Shown here in pieces: positions 1 through 8,290 of a DNA stretch of 50,231 nucleotides. The stretch lies in the NCBI RefSeq assembly GCF_001186125.1, contig NW_014040107.1, positions 9,813 to 60,043 on the forward strand, read 5' to 3'. Both the position numbers and the translations under genes were made by a program. Below the pieces are notes generated by a model. It worked only from the letters and a program-made list of their open reading frames with translations. It searched no databases and was not told the origin of the DNA. This DNA comes from Sphaeroforma arctica JP610 (taxonomy: Eukaryota). Position 1 is the first letter of the stretch, and each line of letters starts with the position of its first letter.

Positions 1-4
1 TAGA

Positions 5-241
5 TCTCAGAGCAAGATAATCCACTGAGAAAGGATAGGATCAGAGTTGTTAGAATTTAGGACAACATGGTTTTGATTCCTCTTAGCCAGCCAACTAGAT
101 GTGCCCGTCTATGCCTTAAATGGGATGGAGAGCTAGGTACCAAGTGATGGGGTTTAGGTGCAGATGTATACTGCACCAGCTTGGTGTTTTGATTTCAACT
201 CTGATCCTGTCCTTTTCTCAGTGCAATATCTTGCTCTGAGA
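5..241. repeat. Inverted repeat B: arms 5-49 and 196-241 enclosing repeat A
   Basis: tctcagagcaagataatccactgagaaaggataggatcagagttg (5-49) vs the reverse complement of 196-241: 42 matches in 46 columns (3 substitutions, 1 indel). Confidence 0.92.
118..195. repeat. Inverted repeat A, partner at 7820-7897
   Basis: The reverse complement of 7820-7897 matches 118-195 at 75/78 positions by manual alignment, no indels. Confidence 0.95.
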
Positions 242-782
242 CTATTATCGAATTATACCACAGGTTTATACCAACAACCATTTCATGCCTGAGATCCTCT
301 CTCATGGTACTCCCATTAATTAGAGATTCCCAAAGTGTCATTTTTAGGTGTCAGATTTGTATTATTCCGTTATGCAGTACAATTCTAATTTCAGTGAAAA
401 ACCAATCTATATTTGGAAAATCACCTATTTGTCCACAGTAGGAGTCCCATACTCTACTGAGTACTATCGCATGTTCAGAATCTTAAATATCTCAATTCTT
501 GTTCATGTCCAATTCGTTAAACGTATTACAGTACTGTGTATAAACGTTATTACGTTAATACTTTTATAATATACGTTAACTGTGCAACTACTATTAGGAA
601 AAACCCTAAAACCCCCTCAGCTTGAATATTTCAATGTTGGCTTATATGTGGTAGTAGCACATAGACTCAAAATGCTCACATGAATTGTACAAGCGAAAAG
701 AAAAGAAACGGGTTTCAATCATATAACGGCCTCAATGCTTATGTTATATTCTCTTAGACAAAGTATACTTAGACGTTATAAG

Positions 783-1145
783 TTACTCGGTTACTCTATT
801 CCGTTTAGGCTTTGGTCCTTGTGGTCCCCGATGGTGGGTGCGACGTTTCTTAATGCCTTTTGGAGGTACGTACATTCCATGCTGTTTAAAGCTGGGAATG
901 TATGAAGTCTGTGGATAGATCTTAACCACTTCAGGTCGCTTATTCGATGGTATGATTGCTTCTGCATCAGCATTATTTTTGTGTAAGCGTTTGCGAAACT
1001 TCTTATTAAAAGCCTTTAGTACATCCGGATCATCAAATGCTGATGGTGGAAGATTATATTGTGCTCCATCGGCGAACTCCGTAGTGAAATATGTCATATC
1101 CTCATGTTTGTACTTGCCTAGAATTTTCTTAAACTCGTAAGACAT
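783..1145 (-). pseudogene. Divergent chromodomain-like C-terminus of integrase followed by a basic tail
   Basis: YEFKKILG...TYFTTEFADG...LPPSAFDDPDVLKAF resembles the chromo pattern YEVEKIL...YLVKW.G...EP..NL...L..F and lies where chromoviruses carry it. Aromatic-cage tryptophans are not conserved. Confidence 0.6.
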
Positions 1146-1263
1146 AAGAGGTGTAGTAGCTTTACGTGTGTGACGAAGGATTATCTCTGTCGTAGGGATA
1201 ATATTATTTATTTCAAAAATGGCAAGTATGTATGATACAATGTATGAACATATGGTATGGCTC

Positions 1264-2352
1264 TCATAGTCGCTGTAGTGGTTCAGGAAAGAGGATTCGA
1301 TGTGACCCGTTATTTAAGGCACTAGAGCCGTCAACGTTGCTAACTTCATACGTTCCGCTCTTCGTATCGGCCACAGAGATCATAAATGGTCCAATATATT
1401 TAGCCGTAAGCACAGTTGTATCGGAGTTGCGAGCCATAATGTTAGCTTTATCACCTACCTCAAACTCGACTATTTTCTTGGTATCATTCCATCGCTTTTG
1501 TCTCTTCTTGAAAGCAATGTCCTTCATCTCCCTTAAGCAAGGATAGACCCCATCTCTGGCCCGACGCATCTTCTCTAACCATGGTAACACATGATCATCT
1601 TGAGACTCCTTGTTGAAGGGGATCTGTAATTCACTATAACGGCCCGGGAAATAGTGAGCGGGTGTTGTACCAGTGACTGAATCAGGGGATTCGCTCATCT
1701 GTGTCTGTACCCAATTGATTGAGTACGGCCACATGTCAGCATCATCAAGTAGTGCTGCTCGCATGAACTCCTTCATCTTTCTGTGTCGTACCTCGTTCGC
1801 ACATTGTGTCTGAGGCTTGTAAGGTACACCCATCTTATGGTATGATCCCGCAACGAGTAACAGTGTCGTCATGACATCTCCTGTAAACTCACTACCGTTG
1901 TCGGAACATACAATAGCTGGCCAGCCGAAATCTGCGAAGCACTTATATATGCACTCAGCCACAGTTTGAGTTTATTTATCTTTCAGCGGATACAATACAT
2001 TATATTTTGATGCGACATCAAACACGTGACAGACGTATTTATCCTTCGTGTGTTCAGATGTGGGTAGCTCAACCAAATCAATGATAACCCGGCGCCACGG
2101 CTCGTCTTCTGATACGCTGCGTAAAGGTGCGTATCCGTAGCGCTTGATCCGGTGAACTTCGCAGTTGTTACATTCGTGATACACCTGAGATATATATTGC
2201 TTGAGGTTCGGGTGTGCGATTCCGTACCTCTTGCAATCTTTCTCAGTTCTAACCTTACCCATGTGCTTAAGAGCATGATTTTGTCTTAACCACTTCAGAA
2301 TCGCCTCCTGTGATTTACTTGTTCCATCGAAATCAGGAGGTGAGGATTCCAC
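1264..2352 (-). pseudogene. DDE (rve) integrase with HHCC zinc-binding N-terminus and GPF module
   Basis: NHALKHMG...CNNC, PWRRVIIDLVEL, VFDVASKY, FGWPAIVCSDNGSEF, PYKPQTQCANE, KYIGPF. ORFs 1972-2352 and 1264-1962 share a frame, separated by one TAA. Confidence 0.95.
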
Positions 2353-2702
2353 CGCGTCATCACCTGGACTCGAAACTCGTTTCGTCCAATCTCGTCTAAA
2401 GCTTCTACATCGTGAATTCGACTAATGTTTGATTTATCCATTAGTTGAGTCACATGATCATATACCTCGGGAAAGTCATTCATCAATTGCTTAAGCAATC
2501 GAGTTTCTGCTTGGTATGCAGTTTCCCTGTCAGACCGTATTTTGTTGTAGAAGGCTTTCGCTACTGTTGCGCTCCTCTTTGATTCCTTTGAATTTGGCTG
2601 TATCCCTTGAGAATTAGGGCTCAAGACTGGAATCTTGGATTCCTCAACCTTCTGTTTGAAAGTCTCGGATGGTGTCCACTTGGTTGTTCCAACTGGACCT
2701 AT

Positions 2703-3110
2703 TCAACATATAATAGTATGTCGCCAAGGCATCTTTTGGACTGCACGGGTACCCTGGTAGAGAAAAGTATCTACCTTTCTATCCACATAGATCGGCTTAC
2801 ATTGTATCATTGAGATCAACTGTGGTAGCCATTTATCTGAGTGTCTTAAGGGACAACACAACGCGATGGTAGCATCTTGAATATGTCCATAATTTAGCAA
2901 CTGTGGTATTAATAGCCATGGAGGATTTGCCCAGGCATTCTCGTTAGACAAGTCAATCTGGAATCCGTCTCCTTTCGGATGTTCCAGTGTCCGGTGCCTC
3001 GGCAGTTGCGCATTATGATGAACGGCAAACATATCTATGGTATGTGGTCCATGTATGTTGTCTGTGATCTTAAACCATCTAGGATTGACCATCTAATCCG
3101 TAGCTAGTAG
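2703..3110 (-). pseudogene. DNA N6-adenine methyltransferase domain (phage Dam / DIRS-MT-like) embedded in pol
   Basis: TD*MVNPRWF...GPHTIDMFAVHHNAQLPR...DGFQIDLSNENAWANPPWLLIPQLL...LCCP...W. The IDxFA AdoMet-binding region precedes an intact NPPW motif at 2916-2927. In frame with the RNase H end (DMLSR) and with the downstream linker. Confidence 0.88.
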
Positions 3111-3139
3111 CTCCCTAACCACCTTGTTAAAGTCTGGTA

Positions 3140-3500
3140 CGAAGCGAGACAACATGTCGGGTAAGTGATTGTGTATACCCGGTATGTGTGTTATGCCGAA
3201 AGAAAATTTGTGATCGCGTCATGCCATTGACTGACTAACTGTGATCTAGGTTTCATGTCCCTTAGGTGTTGCAATGACTTCTGATCACATAGCACGTTAA
3301 AGTGTGTGCCATATAGATAGTTCTTAAAATGAGTGAGTGCAGTAACAATAGCTAAAAGCTGTTACACGGTTGGGTAATTGATCTGAGACGAATTCATAGC
3401 TCTGCTAAAGAACTGTACATATCTCGGTTTCCCTTCAATCATTTGATACAGAACGCCGCCGAATGCCATGCGGATACGTCTGTTGCTACCATGAATGAAA
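3140..3500 (-). pseudogene. Ty3/Gypsy-type RNase H domain
   Basis: Manual translation across frameshifts gives ATDVS / FGGVLYQ...VQFFSRAMNSSQINYPTV*QLLAIVTALTHFKNYLYGTHFNVLCDQKSL... / FGITHIPGIHNHLPDMLSR, the typical Gypsy RH pattern. Confidence 0.9.
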
Positions 3501-4400
3501 TACCATCATTTGGTGGCTGGACTACTGGTTCCTGTTGAACCACTGTTTTGAGCTGCTTAAATGCGTCATCACAGTCTTTGGTCCACAGTGTGCCTAGTTT
3601 GCTTTTATGACATCTCAAATGTCCAAAGGGCTTTAAATAACTTGCCAGATGTGGTACTACGTCAGACAAAAAGTTGCCGAATCCGCACATGCTGTTGACA
3701 TCCTTACCCGTGGTAGGAGTTCTCCAGTCTAGCAAGTGTTCGACCTTCCCGGGATCGATCATGATTCCATCCCCGGATACTCGGTAACCCAACAGCTGAA
3801 TCTCGTTAACACCGAAGTGACATTTCTTACTGTTGACCTTAAAGTTGTGCTTGTTGAGTCTGTCTAGAACCTCTCGCACAACCTTGTCGTGCTCCTCTTT
3901 GGTTTTGGTGAATACCACAATGTCATCAATGTATACTTGTACACTGTCCATGTCCCTAAACAAGTCTTGCATAATTTGTTGAAAGAACGCAGGTAACATG
4001 TGGAACCCAAAGGGAGCGAATATTGCTGACCCTCCCAGGCAAAGGTGAAATACTTCCGGTGTGGTTTGTAGATCTTCATCTGGTGGTAGCCCTGCTACAG
4101 GTTGATAGTGGAAAATATCTTAGCTCCCTCCATGCGCCTGAGTAGTTCGTTTATCCTTGGTAAGTGAAAATTGTGTGTCGGTATCAAAGCGTTAATTGGG
4201 CTCATATCCAAACACACCCGAACTTTCTTCCGTGTCCCGTCAGAGTTAAATTGGTCGATGGCTAAAAATGCTAGGTTGACGGGAGTCAGCTCATAATTGA
4301 CTGCGATCACTCCGTCATCTAGCCATGCTTTAATCTGTTCTCGTACGACCTGCTCATGACGCCATGCAACATAGTTACGTGTAGGACACTTCAGCTTCGA
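3500..4400 (-). pseudogene. LTR-type (Ty3/Gypsy) reverse transcriptase domain
   Basis: KKVRVCLDMSPINA, FHLPRINELL, AKIFSTINL*QGYHQ, YFTFAWEGQQY, PAFFQQIM, VYIDDIVVF, KKCHFG...LLGYRVS. In-frame TAG at 4095-4097 and a frameshift near 4010. Confidence 0.95.
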
Positions 4401-4599
4401 GAAATCTACTCTCGTCAGGTCTAGACTAACGTATCCGTTATTAGATTTGAACTTAGCCCAGCCAGTGATCTGAATGTTGTCGTTCTCGAGAATCAAGTCC
4501 TTGAGTTTCTTTGTAAAGTGAGGGATCATCTCCTTCACAGTCTTCGAAGGTTTATATACCGGTTTCAACAAGTTGTCGTCCGACTGCTCCTTCTGTGGT

Positions 4600-4961
4600 T
4601 CAATGTTAGTAGGTAAGCCTGTAATTGTGATACATAATGAGAGTAAATCACCCATACCTACTATGAGATCATAGTCTGGTGAAGTGTTACATATGACAGC
4701 CTTAGTAACTGTAGTACGTTGGTCTGCCAATGTAAACATAAGATCGATTGCCATTTCTCTGCAAGTGATCTCTCTTTCATCAGCCAATTTCAACATAGTT
4801 GGCTCTGTCTTACGAGTTACGTCTGCCATTTTACAGAATCTAGAGGATATACATGAAATTTGCGAACCCGGATCTAACAACGCTTTTATTTCATGTCCGT
4901 TAACTCGTATGTCAAGGATTACACTCTCGTCTTGAGGTGCGTCCTTTTGTCTTAGTGACAA
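4600..4961 (-). pseudogene. Retropepsin-type aspartic protease domain of pol
   Basis: ILDIRVNGHEIKALLDPGSQISCIS ... YDLIVGMGDL matches the D(T/S/P)G and ILG-type motifs of retrotransposon proteases. Confidence 0.9.
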
Positions 4962-4976
4962 GACCCGGTATGTTTG

Positions 4977-7451
4977 TCACTTGACTTCAACTTTTGGTTT
5001 CACCTTGCATGTATGCTTGTGGTAACCTCCAGTCCCGGTACAGTCGGCACACTTCTCGATAAAGTGTTTACACTTTTCTGCGTGCCTTCCATTCCATCTG
5101 CCATTCGGCTCATGTTGGGTCATTCGCCAATTGCAATCAGTCTCACTGCAGTTCTTGACCTCCCTATGCCTGGGCTTAGGGTTGGCTGCCGGCGGTCCAT
5201 TTCTGTTGGTCTGGTTACCCTTAAAGATGACATTGATCTTGTTGCCCTCAGAACCATTTGTATTTTTGTTCTTATTGCCACCCTTGTCACCCTCTTTGTG
5301 TACCTTCTGACCTCCATTAGTGGACTGAGAGTCTCGACCATTGCCTGATCCTCCGGTAAGATTGCCGCTGACCTTCGTCTGAGCATTAGTGACTTTCACC
5401 ACGGAACTAGGGCGTTGGTAAACGTCTGATCCGCTCTTGAGTAAAATTCAGCCCAGGTTAAGTCCGCTAGCTTCATTATGCCGTAGGTAGGTCCCTCGAT
5501 GGAGATCTCTCGTACCTTGTCCGGGTAAGATTGATGCATATCGGCGTACAGAATCTCTTGATCTCTCCTTTGTAGGTTTGACCAAAAGATTGCCTGCACC
5601 CATAGTACACACATGGATAGCACATCCGGTGACATCTCCTGAGTCTGGGCCCGTGACATGTGTGTGTCCAACTCTAATAAGTAATGGGACACCGGCGTTC
5701 ATTCTTCCGGCGGTATCATGATCGATACAAGCAATTCCGGCCGAGGGTCCGTCGAAAATAAGTGGATGATCATCTCACTCTGCTCTTTCCACGTTTTCAG
5801 CCTAGTGATCACTTGTTTCGCCTTCTCTAACTTGTTGTACTTGTAAGAGGACGGCTTAAAGCTCTGCTGTGCTGCTTCGAACCATAGGTTCTTCCGTAGA
5901 TTGGCTGTAAGCATAATCTGTCTAAACTTTTCACAGACCTAGATAACAACGCCAGACTGCTAATATCAATTGGATCCTTCCGGTCCTTTGATCAGATCTG
6001 TATGTCGTTGGTAGTTTACCTATGTCCTCTACAAATTTCTTGCCTTCCACAGCCTTCTCGGTCTGAATCACTCTTAGTTCTGAATCAGACCCTAGCGGCA
6101 TCAATCCTACCTAGATCCATCGCCTCGAGTGAAGCTGCCTCAGCCTTGTTCATTTGAACGGTGAATTCAGCAATTTTCAGATCACTACTAGAGTGATCTG
6201 ATCCCTTCTTCTCTAACTCCATCTGACCATGCAGTCAGTTATCTGTCTCATCCTTTGATTCATCGATCTGTTCAATGTTTATGAACGCTTCGGATGGGAC
6301 AACATCTTTTCTCGTCGTGGGGATAGCCGCTGGGGGCGAACTATCTCCCGATGACGACAAAGATTTTCTAGCTTCCACCTGATCAGGTTTAGGCTTTTCG
6401 GTCGGGTTGTCCCTCGGAAATACCTCTGGGGCACTTTGTGGAGAAAACAACTGCGTGCTTGCTTGCCTTCGTCAGTTTTCATTAATATTAACCAATTATA
6501 ATATTTAGAATCCCTAAACAAATCATACCTAACCTTTTTTACCGCTGCATTCATCACATACCTCGGTGAGATGGTACCATCTGGTTTGGTCTTCAATACG
6601 TCCGGAAAGTACGTTTCATACGTATTTCGAAACACCCATGCCCTGTTGGCCCGCTGTCGGATCAACTTTCGTTGACCTTCCTTCTGAATATCAATCAGCG
6701 CCTGGTATGGATTGCCCAGATCAAAGTTCTGTCGCCAAGTCGGTCGGAGTTGTGTTTTGGATATACGCAGGAATTGTGAATCAATCCTGCTGTCCGAATC
6801 GTCGTCCTGACGGTGAAATGTCTGGTCCACATCATCCGGACCAATATCCACGAAATGCAGTTGTTCTTCCGTTACGTTTATTTGGGGATGATACAACAGA
6901 GTTTGTGCTGTTGGCTCATCCTCCGAGCCATCCTCCCCTGATTCATTCTGATTTTGATCCTTCGCTGCGGCTTGCTTTTTCTTCCGCTGCTTAGTAGGTC
7001 GCAAATCATGTACCATTGGTTGGTAGTCCTTCAGGAAAGCTCACCTATCCCTTGCTATCATGTGATCTGATTCCAGTGCATGTCGCACTTCCTCTGAAGT
7101 TGAATCTTCCGAGGATTGCATTTTCTTGGCTTTTCCCTTTCGAGATTTCGCCTTCTTCGCTGGTGGATTCTGTGGTTCCGTAGTCACATTACCTCCGGAT
7201 GCATCTACACCCGAGTCAACCAACTTCTTACGTTTCCGTTTAGTCAGAGTTGGTGCCGGTTGTACCGGTGTGATCTCAGTTGCTTCAGATTCCACTGATG
7301 ATGCCGGGGGTATTTTCTGCTTTTCATCGCCTACAGTGAACCAATTCACTTTTGCAGCCTTGGCTACATTCGCTGCCTTGGCTACATTCGCTGCCTTGGC
7401 TACATTCGCTGCCTTGGCTACATTCGCTGCCTTATTGTTTCCTTTCGTCAT
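4977..7451 (-). pseudogene. Long gag-like ORF1 of the retroelement (about 2.5 kb), broken by stops and frameshifts, with a Cys/His-rich C-terminus
   Basis: ORFs 7041-7451 and 6279-7016 are in one frame, separated by a single TGA. Further fragments (6235-6450, 5699-5914, 5396-5692, 4977-5402) tile the interval and end in CSETDC...H...HAEKC...CADCTGTGGYHKHTC just upstream of the protease. No canonical capsid motif recognised. Confidence 0.6.
7357..7433. repeat. Perfect 18-bp tandem repeat (4 copies plus 5 bp) encoding AANVAK at the N-terminus of the gag-like ORF
   Basis: gccttggctacattcgct x4, read directly from the sequence. Confidence 0.97.
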
Positions 7452-7819
7452 AGTATCTATAGCGTATTATAAACTCAAAAATATGTAAAAGTCGGTCTCC
7501 TCTAGGCTGACTATACGATACCAAGGCGTTTACGTTAATAAGACAATACGCTAAAACGTTAAAATGCAAAATGTTAAATAAGTTTAGCTTCAGCCCTTCG
7601 TACTGAGCAAAAGATTAATGGATTTTAGACTGAGACTATTGTCTATATGCTCCGCTCTAATCACTCACTACTTCGGTCTAGATTTATATATGTTTTAGTT
7701 ACTAAGACTAGATATCATTTCATTGGACGCATATTTTACATTTCACGCCTCGAAACAATTATCTACTCAAACTATCCAATAAAATATCTCTAAGTCCAAC
7801 TTAAGAAAATCAAAAAATA

Positions 7820-7897
7820 AAATCAAAACACCAAGCTGATGCAGTATACATTTGCACCTAAACCACATCACTTGGTACCTAGCTCTCCATCCCATTT
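7820..7897. repeat. Inverted repeat A (partner of 118-195), running up to the assembly gap
   Basis: aaatcaaaacaccaagctgatgcagtatacatttgcacctaaaccacatcacttggtacctagctctccatcccattt is the reverse complement of 118-195 with 3 substitutions. Confidence 0.95.
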
Positions 7898-8290
7898 CAN
7901 NNNNNNNNNNNNNNNNNNNTTGGTGTAGACTCGAAGCAGCGATCGAAGCTGTCGTGTCTGGCTATGTCTCGGTTTGAGGTTGGCGGTTTACCCATAACCA
8001 GTTGGTAGTAGTATTGGCGCCGGGCCATTGCCGCGATCTCCTTGTTGGACCAACGTTTTGTTGAGTTCTTCCTGATGTCGTCACAGCGTTGGCGGAGGGC
8101 TACATGGTCGGGTGTACGCCCGCCCGTGGTTTTGTGTACAGTTTTCAGGTGAGCATAGATACTGTACTTGAAGCGCAATGATGATTTATCGTGGGCCCAG
8201 GCGGATTGCGTCAGAGGGGTAAGTGGATTTGTGCTGGCCATTGAGTTTGAGTTGTATTCCCAGGCAACCTCCGAGGTAGTCCGCGAATGG

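Larger units (their letters stand above)
5..7897 (-). mobile_element. Degenerate Ty3/Gypsy-like retrotransposon (gag-like ORF, then PR-RT-RH-N6-MTase-IN-chromo-like), bounded by inverted rather than direct repeats; both true ends uncertain (window edge and N gap)
   Basis: Minus-strand ORF fragments carry, in Gypsy order: LLDPGS (aspartic protease), VYIDDIVVF (RT), LLAIVTALTHFKNYLYG...NHLPDMLSR (RNase H), NPPW (MTase), H-x3-H...CNNC / SDNGSEF / GPF (integrase). Numerous stops and frameshifts. Confidence 0.93.

Noticed and set aside
601..620. Polypurine-tract-like GAGGGGG and a single telomere-like TTTAGGG on the minus strand
   Set aside because: Short, single-copy, and not followed by a TG-starting repeat matching the 5' end.
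7357..7433. CRISPR-like array (also considered for 27900-28085)
   Set aside because: Head-to-tail repeats without unique spacers, eukaryotic context, no cas genes.
783..7451. Classification as a true DIRS/Ngaro element because of the MTase and inverted repeats
   Set aside because: No tyrosine recombinase ORF seen; protease, Gypsy-type RNase H and DDE integrase are present instead.
7512..7523. Possible tRNA primer-binding site (TGGTATCG on the minus strand) upstream of gag
   Set aside because: Only about 7 nt resemble an initiator-Met PBS, no LTR-ending CA precedes it, and host tRNA sequences are unavailable.
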